Below are positions 27,027-38,343 of a stretch of 64,000 nt of DNA, one piece after another. Position numbers and translations under genes: made by a program. The notes below the pieces were generated by a model. That model made no database searches and was not told the DNA's origin. It saw nothing but the letters and a program-made list of their open reading frames with translations. Position 1 is the stretch's first letter; each line of letters opens with the position of its first letter. The stretch is from Paraspadella gotoi (lineage: Eukaryota > Animalia > Chaetognatha), in the NCBI GenBank assembly GCA_051294375.1, contig CM119265.1:5689696-5753695 (forward strand), given 5' to 3'.

Positions 27027-27233
27027 GACAACCGTCGCCTTGCGTGGACCAAAAACCATCAGAAGCTGCATCACGGCGTCGCCTGTGAGACTTGGTCAAA
27101 CCAGACCCTGTGCAGCCTCACTTTCACGCCCACCTACCAAGACCACGGGTCTTCGGTCAGGTGCAAACTCACCTTTTTCGATCACTGGAACTACAGCAAC
27201 CCTCTCCCGTCTTGCGGTTTCGACGACTTGCAG
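27027..27233 (+). CDS. IgSF protein, exon C: second half of Ig domain 2 (C2/CD80-like)
   Basis: TTTTCCCTCAG acceptor; 207 nt, phase 0/0; CAG|GTAAGA donor. Encodes LAWTKN...SLTFTPTYQDHGSSVRC, matching the L-x-F-x-P-x-x-x-D-H-G-x-x-x-x-C pattern of nephrin/Kirrel/sidestep-type C2 domains. Sequons NQT and NYS. Confidence 0.93.
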
Positions 27234-27332
27234 GTAAGAAAGAGAATAATACTTACCTAAAGTTTGTTTTTTTTCTCTTCAAAACTTACCTTAACTTAAC
27301 TTTCGAATAATCCTCTATCTCTTCCTCCCAAG

Positions 27333-27498
27333 GTTAATTTCCCGCCGAAATTCGAGTGTCCGGAGCAGCGCGTCGTCTACCGCCTTCCCGCCACCGCGGC
27401 CGCCCCCAACCCCCTCTACCACATCGCCTGTCACGTGATCGCCAATCCCCGGATTCCGCTCGCCAACCTCAGCTGTTCGGCGGGAGACAACGCGCTGG
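27333..27498 (+). CDS. IgSF protein, exon D: start of Ig domain 3
   Basis: Pyrimidine tract + AG acceptor; open frame VNFPPKFECPEQ...YHIACHVIANPRIPLANLSCSAGDNAL; phase-1 G|GTAAGC donor. The LQV-x-F-PP linker and C-x-x-x-ANP motif are typical of tandem Ig domains. Confidence 0.88.
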
Positions 27499-28363
27499 GT
27501 AAGCGGAGGGGAAAGAGGTGATGAGCAATCCTGATATGATTAAAATCGTCTATTTCCATTAGTTTCGTTTGGTTCCATTTCGTTTAATAATCGTTTCTGC
27601 AGTGAGAGTGAAGAAAGAAGATGAGGAGAGAGAGAGAGAGAGAGAGCAGAGAGAGAGAGAGAGAGGAGAGAGAGAGATGGCAGATAATATGACATCTTTA
27701 GAAAGGGAAATAAAGCGTCGTTTATGTCTCTGGTAAAAACATAAACACTTTTAAAACCGGCCGCTGGACTTTTATACGACATCGTCTTCTTTTTTCTCTC
27801 GTTTCTGTCCCTCGTTTCCTCTTTTTTCGATGGGCGTGCGGTGGAGTGGACGTCGGAAAGATCAGGGCGCGCTCTGTTATTTCTGTATGGGGTGTATTTT
27901 CTTATGGCTCTATTTGTGTTGATTATATATTGTTTCGTAAATGTTTTTGTTTTTGTTGTCTCCTTGTATGGTGTATGTTATATCTTCTTGTATATCTGTT
28001 GTGTGCTTCTTGATATTATTATTTATATCCTCTTATCTCTCTTATCTTGTATTATATGGGTATTATGTTATTCTTATCTCTATATTTATTTTTTATATTG
28101 TTTTTAATTATATATTTTATTGGATATATTATGTTATCTCTTATCGAGTATCTTTCTTTCATTCTCTTTCTTCTTCTTCTTCTTTCTTCTTTTCTCTCGT
28201 CTTCTTTCTCTCTCTCTTTCTCTTTCTTCTCTCTCTCTCTGCTCCTTGCTCAACTTGCATCATCGCTTCTCCCCTTCCTTCCTCATTCTCTCTCTTCACG
28301 CCCAAGTTCACCCATCCGCCCTCTGTCTCACCCAATTTCCTCCCCCCTTATGTCTCCCAACAG

Positions 28364-28606
28364 AATGGTCCACTGGATTCCGAACTCCCGCTCCTTCTCC
28401 CCACAGTCTCCCCCTATTCCTCCACCTATCGCCTTCCTCGCTTCTCCACAATGCTCACATCTCCGCCGTCCGCCATATCGCGCGCCTCATCCACGACCGA
28501 GCGACGAACCCTCTCTTACCTCTTCCTCTTTCCTCCTCCCCCTCGCCGTTCCGCGTTCGCGTCCTCGTGTCGACTCCCGCCAACTTACTCGCGCCTGCCG
28601 TCGGTG
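28364..28606 (+). CDS. IgSF protein, probable exon E
   Basis: CTCCCAACAG acceptor and G|GTAAGT donor; 243 nt, open in the phase-1 frame required by exon D (EWSTGFRTPAPSPHSLPLFLHL...FRVRVLVSTPANLLAPAVG). The 3' two-thirds differ by indels from the duplicate copy, so the translation is unreliable. Confidence 0.55.
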
Positions 28607-29595
28607 GTAAGTATTTTTTCCCGCCGCCCCTTCCCACCTTTTTTGTTTGTTTGGTTGTTTGTCTGTGAGTTTTGCCAAGTTTTTGGGCGCGAGGTTTTCT
28701 TTTTTCTTTTATTTTTTACTTTTCGCGTCAGTTTTCTCTTTTTTTTTCTTTTTTTGGCGGATCAATTATTGTCGCGAGAAAGGATACGTTGTTTTTTTGT
28801 TTTTTGTTTTTTAGTGTTTTTTCTCCTGCGACGCGTGATGACCGCGGTGTTTTCTGGTTTGGTGAAAAAAAAAGTCGGGGGCTGAAATAAGTGAAATTGA
28901 TAAGAACGAAACGAAAAAAAGGAAAATGGAATTAAGATCGAGCGAATGAGCGTGTCCATTTCTGATAAGGAAGGGGGAACGACCGCCGGGAAATAGAGAC
29001 GAGAAAAAGAAAAAGTGAATTTGACAAAGACGGCGCATGTTTAATTTTGGTGCCGTTTGTAATATTAACAGTTATTGAATGCCTGAGGTCTTTAAAGTGA
29101 AATAAATTTAGGATTTTTAAAAGGGGAAGGATTAAGGATTTAACCAAACGAATGGAAGAACAAATAGAGATTCCTTTTAATCACATGAAATTTTCGCGAT
29201 TTCGTCAAAAAAATTCATATCGAGTCTGAGATCTTCGCAAATCTGTTCTCGTTCTGCCACCGATTAGTTTGTCTCCTTTATGAATAATGCAAGTCTCGAA
29301 ATGGGCGCCCGTTTTGGCGGAACAACTTTCCTCGCCTTTTTTTTACAAACGCATGACGCGAATTTTTTTTTCTCGTTCCCATCGTTCGGGACGTTTTTAG
29401 TCGAGAAGGTCTCGAGTTCGCGGCGAGAGCTCCCTGATCAATCTTGGAAAACAGAACCGACATTGACTGTCAGCGTCACTGACTTGTTAATGACAGCATC
29501 GTAAGAAGAGATGGAATGGATTAGTATTTCTATCGATTAGAATATATTTACCGCTGAAACAAGTAGAGCGACCAATTTCTTTCTTTTTTTTTCAG

Positions 29596-29630
29596 ACTCT
29601 CCTATCTGGGATGAGGGGAGAGTTGGTTGG
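29596..29630 (+). CDS. Possible 35-nt micro-exon of the IgSF gene
   Basis: Strong T-rich acceptor TTTTTTTTTCAG and TGG|GTAAGG donor; reads DSPIWDEGRVGW in phase with exon E. No homology support. Confidence 0.35.
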
Positions 29631-31052
29631 GTAAGGTTCCCTACCGTATGGTAGGGTTTTTCCCCCGAGGATTGCAACGTCATGGTATTTCGAAGCCGGG
29701 GGATTTCCTGAGGTGATACAGGGTGATCACACTCATTTGGAAACATTTTTTTTTTTAGATTTTACGATTTAAGATCAAGATTGAAAATCGTTTTAGAAGC
29801 TTTTGTGATTTTAATTTTCACTTTTCACCCAAAATGCTCGTAAAGTTGGTAGGATAATTAAATAGTAAACAATTTTCTTCTGGATCAGTCATTTTTGCGC
29901 AATATTTCAAGTTATGATGTCAGTACTGTCAGAAGAGTGAGGTGCAGTGAGTGTCGCTAGAAAGTGCAGGGAGTGTCACTAGGCGTGACACGGTGGGGAG
30001 AATTGAAAAGAGGCTCGAAGGATGACAGAGAAGTAATCTCAGTCGAATCCTCTCACAATCCGATTTAACGGAAAAAGAAAAAAAATTCTCTCTCTCTCTC
30101 TCTCCTTTTCGGTTCTCTCTTGATCTCTCTGGACATCCTCGGGCTTAAAAGAGGTTTACTCTCTAAGCTCGTATTCATCTCTGATCATTCTCTCGGTTCT
30201 CCTCTCTCTCTCTCTCTCAAATAAACCACATCCTATCCTCTCGTCCCACAAATTCCTCATATCCCTCTTCATCGACCAATAACCACCGAACCCCCTACTC
30301 CTCTCCACCACTCTTCTCTCTCTCTCCGGTGCGCCTCAACTACTCGAATGACGCTCATCACACACATCACTCACACCAACAACTACAACACCGAGCCAGT
30401 ACCGATACGCCATAGATATTCGGCGGGGTAACTGGGCCCCGCCGCCCGCCACGCGCATCTTCCTTCCTCGCGGGACACCGGCGGCAGCTGACGCCAGCAG
30501 ACGACGCCTCCGCCCCCCGCCCGCCCCACCCCCCACCCCCCCCCCCCCAAACAAAAGAGGAGACAGGGAATACGAGAGAGGGAAAGAGAGAGTGACCGGG
30601 GGGCTACTCATGATGATTATTTCTCAATCGGTCCAGGAGGACAGCACAAGATGCCAGATGTGTTTTGTAAACTGGAAGAAACTCCAATCTGAATAAAGAT
30701 ATATATGGACATCGAGTTTCTGAAGTTTCTAGTCCGTCTTAAGCTGAGGTTGAGCGACGGAACGACCAAAAACAAAACCCGAACATGGAGCCCTATTTCG
30801 TGGTGTCTTTGGTATTATTGATAGTCGGTTTTGGATTATGAAACGCGAGTTCTGAAAAATTTCTGTACGAGCTCGAGAGTCAGAATTTGTAGACGGATTG
30901 AAGACTGCAGACGTTCTATAGTGCCTTGTACACCATCGATAAATGAGTACAACAGAACTCAAGAGCAACTTTTCAAACCCCTTTCGCCGTCGAGTTATTT
31001 TGTACCGTGAACTCGCTTCTTGCCGGCGCATTTTACCTTCCTGAATAACTAG

Positions 31053-31637
31053 AATGGCAATCTGCATCTATCTTAAAAATCTACATCAAAGTTTGCCGCT
31101 CCATGCCAGCTGCTTACGTCGATTCTTTCGCCATGATGGCTTTCCTCTCGATTCGCAAACTCAGATATATCCTCTTCATGCCCATGGGCTGCATAGCTTT
31201 TTTTTTTTAAAATCAGGCCTCCGCCGGGCCCCGGCCGCAACTCGGCGGACAGTCTCGCTTACATACCCTCCAGCGTCCTCACCTTGACTCATTCTCCTGT
31301 CCAGTGTCCCAGTCTCGTCTTACCTCGCCTCACCCAGAGGGTCGCGCTGACCGGTCCGGTGTAGCCAATCGATCCTCAGTTTTTAGGATTAGACCCATCA
31401 CTCTGGCGCTTAGCTTTGCTCCTGGGTACTGATTTCGCGAAGTCCAGGAAACTCGAATCCGAGCGCCGCCGCCCCCTTACCCCGCCTGACCCCCATCCCT
31501 CCCAGCTCTCCTCGCGGGAGTCGGCACGGGAGAGCCGCGGTTTTCGAAGATGGGAGATCGCCATGGAATCGCCGCCTCGTGCCGCCGCAGGGCCGCCGGG
31601 CCGCAGCGACCGATACCTGCCGCGAGAAATCCGATAG
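31053..31637 (+). CDS. Possible terminal Ser/Pro-rich exon of the IgSF gene (error-containing; other copies at ~35554-35907 and ~43430-44070)
   Basis: GC-rich non-microsatellite block. The cleaner copy near 35573 has an ~85-codon open frame IYIKVCLASASSDSFPSGFSRRKLNISSSSSC...SPRPLPSLTQRSPDPAHR, and this copy ends ...RGFRRWEIAMESPP...LPREIR*. Boundaries and frame are unresolved. Confidence 0.3.
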
Positions 31638-34600
31638 AGGTGTCGATATTTGCTAGAATGTTTTTGTTGTTTTTTTTTCGTCGCGTGTCGCGGTGTCCAG
31701 GGGGCGTTGGTTTCTGTTGTTGGGGAGTCGAGGGGTGCGATTTTAGAGTTTTTGCGAAGGTCAACGGATTGAGTTGTCAATATGCATGAAGTAGCTAAGA
31801 GTTTGTTTCTTAGAAGTAAGTAGAAAATTTGGTTTAAAATACCTTGGGCGGAATTGCCTTGGGACTTAATTTACATTTTCCCCTCGATTGGGCACGATAA
31901 AAGTTTAGTTTTGGGAATGAGGATTTATTTAGTTTCATATTGATTGAATAAGTTATTTTATTTTTTGTCGCGGTCAGATAATATGGACGGGAACGGTAGA
32001 ATCTCAGCCGAAACCGGGCGAACGATTTGGCAAATGAACGTGAATAACCCAGTAGGAACTTTTGAAAATTCCTTAGCGGAGCAGTAATGAGAGAATAAAA
32101 TGAGATAAAATTAGATAAAATGCGATATTAAAAGAGATAAATGAGAGGCTTTTTTTAGACTTTAGTTGTGGTTTTGTTTCTCCTTGTTTTCTTTTTCGGG
32201 TTTTCAACCACAAAATTCATTAATCTCGCTTAGTCTCAAATGTCTATCATTGTTGTGTTAATAAATTTATAACTCTCCTCCGTCGGGATCCAGCATCGCT
32301 CACACTGAGATTCCACATACCACCGATAATGGGTTCCGTCATGTTGGCCTCGTCCGCTCTCACTTTTCTCCGCAAATAGGCGTCTCGCTTCAGGCTCTTT
32401 CGGGCGCCAAAAGAGAGCTTTGCGGATGGAAATGATGGGAACGTGTATGTTTGATCCTTTTTTTTCCGTCTCCTCATCTCGCGTCTCTCTCGTCGTCTTC
32501 GTCTCTCCGTCCTCTCTCTCTGGCTCTCGTCTCCTCTTTGTCTTTTCTCTCTCTACTTTCTGGCAAAGTCTATACAAGTATGACTTCATCTTCTATATCT
32601 TTTTAATGGTTCTTTTTTGCATGCTCAAGACTGCAACACAACGGCAGCCATGTCTCATTAGTGTTAATGGCTAGCTGCATGGAAATAACCGTCAGAGGTG
32701 AAGAAGATTAGCCCGCCAGACAAAAATTAACGATTATGATATATTTTTTATATTCCCGCCCTTCATTCTTTCATTTGAATCTTTTGGGTTTTTTTCTCGA
32801 TTTTCATCCATATGAGAGTCACGATTAATCAATAAGTCTTGAGTTGTTCTTTCCCTTTGTCCTATTCCTCCTTTTTCGGAATTTTTCTCTTTTTTTTCTC
32901 ATTATTCGATATAAATCTGAGTCACCACACGTTCAGCACCACGCTTTGTTTGCAAAGGCGGTGCGCCGCAGACACGTGTTCCTCTGGAGTTTTTTGATTT
33001 TTTTCAGAAAGAAATAAAAATCAAAGAAATAACACACTCACATAAGCATAGACTCGTGGTATTTATACAGCAAGAGAGAGAGAGAGAGTGAGACCGAACT
33101 TCTGGCGGGAGTTAATATGCGTTACAAAAGATAAAAGAGGTTTTCAAGAAGAAAGCGAAAAAACAAATATCTTAGTAAAAAATTTCTTTCCCGCCGAATG
33201 CCGACGGAGAATTGAAGATGGTACTTTTTTTTATTTAGTATGAATGTGATGTTTTGTTTCATTTTTTTTTATTTCCTTTTTGTAGAAACATTCTTTTTTT
33301 CCCCTTTTTTCTCACTCCTGCCTGATCTCGAGCATTTCGTCGGTGCGCCATTTTTCGGCTCAACTGTCTCCAAGATTTTCTTAGACATTACTTTCCCTGT
33401 TATTTCAGACCAATTCGTTTGCTTTAGATCGTCTCATGACCGTTCATTCACGGGCATTTGGGGGGAAAATTACAAATTTAACACGGCAAAAAAGATTCAT
33501 TTAATCCATATGGCTTACTACGTGTTAACTTTCCTATAAGAAATCAAGAAATGTTTATTTTTCAAATCGTTTTTAGACGAAAAAAACACAAAAATTCTGA
33601 CAAAAAAGCAACGTCGCGATCGGGAAATCATCCGAAAATTTTTTTTATTTTTTTTCCTTTTCCGCTTCCAAAAAACCGTGTTGTTTCCAATCTTAAACTG
33701 CATATACGTTTCTCGTTTTCGGGGATGACCTCGAAACGCAATGAAAATAAATCTCGATTTTTTTCTACATGCGTCCAATAACATTCGGGGAAGGAAATAT
33801 CTTCCGTATGTAACTAAGGGTACGATTTAATTCAGGGATTTCTTTTCGATGATGGAGCGGGTTCTTCTCTCCGATCTCCCTCAAATCTAAACACAATCCC
33901 CCCCTCGCCCTCTTCTTGTTCCCTCAAACGATTCCCTCGGCTCGAGAGAATCACTCTGGCAAATTCTCGCGAGAGGTGAGTGCAGTTTTCGCTTTCCCCC
34001 AGTTTCTCCGGTCGCATTTAAATTCGTAATTGCGATCGCGTTTACATCTTAAGGAGGGACCTCGATTGTGGGCGGTTTGTTGTCGTCGTTCGTCGTTGTC
34101 CGTGGTAGTCGCTCGACGACGGGGCGCCGTTCCCGTTTTCACTTTGTTGTCGACGCGGTTGTTATGATAGTTTTTTAGTTCGCAGTTTCCTGAATATAGT
34201 TGGTTTTTTTCATTGTGCTTTAAAGAGCAATCTGGATTGTTTAACCTCATTTTAAAAGCAAATGAAATTTTTAAGACGAGTAATGCACTTACATACTTAA
34301 GTCGTTAAATTTGGGGCATACCACTTTAAAGTAACTCGCTCTTGTTTTAGTGGAGAGATCAAGATTTCCATCCGAATTTGAATGGAAAGTACTTGGGGGG
34401 AATTGAGCGTCGAAACCATCTAATTTATATAGATTCGAATTCGATTACAACTTGATTCATTTATTCTTCATTCATACTGTATCATTATTCATCATTATTC
34501 ATTTCATTAATATCCATTCATTTAACGTTCATCTTTCACACTTAAACCATTTACCAAAATGCCCTCCAAATGGGTTCAACTGAAGAGACCCCACCGCAGC

Positions 34601-35286
34601 TTCTCGCTGATTACCTTCCAGTTCAAATGAGAATTTAATGGCGGACACGGATTCGTTTTCATACTCTCGCTCCTCTGGCCCTCCCTTTTTCTCTCGCTTC
34701 CTCGGTTCTCTCAGATGTGCGTAAAGCACCACGGGACGCAGTGGGGCTGGGGCACCTGGCTTCGCCTCACGGGGTTTCGCCGCGCAGAACCGACGGCGGG
34801 TAAGCTAATCGGTCTTTGGGTTTAGGCAGCGGCAGGATGAGGCTGATGATCTTCTAGTTTTCAAGTGTAACAAATCGAGTCGGGCTTGGTTTCCTTTTTT
34901 TCTTTTCAAATCCTGCTCTTCTCTCCTTCTCTTTCTCTTCTCTCTTTCTCTCTCTCTTCTTCTCTCTCTACTCTCTTCTCTCTCTCTTCTCTTCGTTCGT
35001 TTGACCTCGTCTCTCTCTTCTCGCTTCCTCTCTCTCCTCTCTTCCTATCTCTCTCTGTTTTTCCCTCTTGCCTTCCTGTTCTCAGTAAATGGGGTCTATC
35101 GTTTCCCAACGTCTCTGGACTACTGGTTCGGTCTTTCCCGAACATTTACTCGCCGTTGTATCTCGAGCGAATTTTCTCGGTTCCTCTTTCGCCCCCCAAC
35201 TCTCCTTCTCTTTGGTTTTTCTCAATTTATTCCCTACTATCGCTCCTGTGCTTTTTTTTTTNNNNNNNNNNNNNNNNNNNNNNNNN

Positions 35287-36800
35287 TAATCCTCTGTTAG
35301 CAGACGAGACAAAAAAAACAAAACAACCGAACATGAGCTCTTTGTGTTTTGTTTCATGATAGCGGTTTTGGATTATAACTCGAGTTTGAAATCTTTCTTC
35401 GAGCTCAGGTCAAATTTTACGGATTGATCTCAGACGTATCTAATCTTGTACAAATCGAATAAATGATACAACAGAATCAAGACAACTTGCAACCCCTGTT
35501 ACGTGAGTTTTTTACTTGAATCTTCTTCCGCGTTTTACTTCCCTGATAACTAGAATGGCAATTGCCTCTTTTAAATCTACATCAAAGTTTGCCTCGCATC
35601 TGCTTCGTCCGATTCTTTCCCATCTGGCTTCTCTCGTCGCAAACTCAATATATCCTCTTCATCATCTTGCAACTTTTTTTTTATAATCAACGCCTCCGCC
35701 GGCCCCGCCCGCAACTCGCGACTCGCTTCATACCCTCCAGCGTCCTCACCGACTTCATTCCTCCTTCATTCCCCTCGTCCCTTACCCTCCCTCACCCAGA
35801 GGTCGCCTGACCCCGCCCATCGATCTCAGTTTTAGATTAGCCCATCACTTAGCTTTGATCCTGGGATTCTGATCCCGAAATCCCAGAAACTCGCATCCGA
35901 GCGCCCCNNNNNNNNNNNNNNNNNNNNNNNNNNNNNNNNNNNNNNNNNNNNNNNNNNNNNNNNNNNNNNNNNNNNNNNNNNNNNNNNNNNNNNNNNNNNN
36001 NNNNNNNNNNNNNNNNNNNNNNNNNNNNNNNNNNNNNNNNNNNNNNNNNNNNNNNNNNNNNNNNNNNNNNNNNNNNNNNNNNNNNNNNNNNNNNNNNNNN
36101 NNNNNNNNNNNNNNNNNNTTTTTTTTTTTCGTCCGTTGCGGTGTCACGGGGGCGTTGTTGTTGTTGTTGGGGAGTCGATGCGATTTTAAGTTTTTGCGAA
36201 GGTCAAATGATTGTCAAATGATGAAGTAGCTAAGAGTTTTTACTAGAAGTAAGAGAAAATTTTGTTTAAATATTGGNNNNNNNNNNNNNNNNNNNNNNNN
36301 NNNNNNNNNNNNNNNNNNNNNNNNNNNNNNNNNNNNNNNNNNNNNNNNNNNNNNNNNNNNNNNNNNNNNNNNNNNNNNNNNNNNNNNNNNNNNNNNNNNN
36401 NNNNNNNNNNNNNNNNNNNNNNNNNNNNNNNNNNNNNNNNNNNNNNNNNNNNNNNNNNNNNNNNNNNNNNNNNNNNNNNNNNNNNNNNNNNNNNNNNNNN
36501 NNNNNNNNNNNNNNNNNNNNNNACCGGCGAACGATTTGGCAAAATAACGTGAATAACCAGCGGAACCTTCCTGAAAAATTCTAGCGAGAGATAAAATGAG
36601 AGATAAAATGAGATAAAATGAGATAAAATGAGATAAAATGAGATAAAATGAGAGAGCTGTTAGTCTTTAGTTGGTTTTTTCTCCTTTGTTTCTTTTTCGT
36701 TTTCACCCCAAAACTTCATTAATCTCCTAGTCCTCAAATGTCTATCATTTGTGTTAAAAATTATAAAAACTCTCCTCGGTCGAATCCACATCCTCCACAA
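35287..36800. repeat. Third partial copy of ~30740-32300 (also ~43090-44770)
   Basis: Shared anchors (CGAACATG, GCGGTTTTGGATTAT, ATCTACATCAAAGTTTG, AGATAAAATG array) occur in the same order. The copy starts immediately after a 25-N gap. Confidence 0.88.
36587..36651. repeat. 10-bp tandem repeat (AGATAAAATG) x ~6
   Basis: Five perfect units at 36601-36650 plus one at 36589; a degraded copy lies at ~32090-32145. Confidence 0.93.
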
Positions 36801-36844
36801 CGAGGCATAATGCGATTGCGCATCTGTATAATGAATGAGAGAGA

Positions 36845-36922
<78 letters not shown>

Positions 36923-37022
36923 TCGGCGAAAAAAAAACTTCGCCTTTCAAACAAATCGATGGGGAAGAGAAACAGGTACCTCTCAGGTTACTTTTTTGCT
37001 CTCTACCCGATTCTATTTCTAA

Positions 37023-37093
<71 letters not shown>

Positions 37094-37240
37094 TTTTTTC
37101 TTCACCCCCCGCTAAGCGCGGAAGCGGCGTGGCTAATGACTTGGACGGCCGCCCACAGGCGGCGACACTTGTTGCCAAAGCGAACGAAAAAAAAAAGGGA
37201 AAGTGGGGAAAAGTTGAAATCGAGAGAGAGAGAGAGAGAG

Positions 37241-37289
<49 letters not shown>

Positions 37290-37580
37290 GGAGAGAGAGA
37301 CGGAGAGAGAGAAAGAGGCAATAAAAAATCAGAAGTAAAAGCAAAATAGGAACGAGAGTCGTTGGACGTCGCTAACAAATATCCGTTTTTCCTGAAATTA
37401 GGTTAGCGAACGATTTACCTATTTATTTAAATATTATTCATAAAACAGTCCTCTATTTTTAGATCTTTTTTCTCAATTAATCAATATTACATCATATTCA
37501 TTCCGATCTCAGTCTCGAGAATCAATTCCATATCTCTCTCATCTCTCTCTTTCTCTCATCTCTCTCTCTCTCTCCTCTCT

Positions 37581-37620
<40 letters not shown>

Positions 37621-38343
37621 CTCTGTCTCTCTCTCCACGTCGTAAAAACTTCTTATCTCATCGTAAACGGAAATAAAACCTTTCGCGCGACGAAAGACGA
37701 AGGGAATCAGTCGATTAGCGGCCGATAGGAATATGAACGGCGCCGGCGGCGTCGATTCAATCGGTTGGCGGCGTCGGCCAGCGCCAGCGCCGGAATCCAG
37801 CTTCCATATCCTCGGAATCGTTCCGTCGGAAAAGTGAATTCCTCGATTTACCGACCTTCGGGGTGTGCGGGGGCAATAGGTGACATGAGGACGGTGGTGG
37901 TGGAATGATCCGTCTACAAACGGCCATACCGTGCGCCACTCCAAGGGGGGCGTGAGTCTATAAAGGCCAGAAAAAATGCGTTCTAGCGATTTCTTCCCGG
38001 TCAGACGGTCTAATTCCAGAATACTTCGTGAGACGAGACCCAGAGATGAACGGTGATTTGGCGACGGCGCGACGGTTCGTTCAAGGCGACGCCAACTATA
38101 ATCGAAATGACTACGTTTTCCGTCGTAAGCGCGGTTGGAGATTATTAACGCCTTTTTTTTCTGTTTTCGCGATCTACATTTTATTGTACATCAGGAAATT
38201 GGACAGTAGCTACAGGTGGATGTGGAGAAATGTAACTTTAGCCAGGCGATAATTCATTACTTGCACGATTGTATAAAAAATATCTACTTTTAATGTATTC
38301 TCTCTCCAATTTGATCCCCCCTTCTTCCCTTGCCCCTTACCAG

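Noticed and set aside
27941-28885. 314-aa ORF and overlapping hydrophobic ORFs resembling multi-pass membrane proteins (also 39750-40651)
   Set aside because: The hydrophobicity comes from T-rich low-complexity intron sequence that is open in all three frames; only 28364-28606 has splice support.
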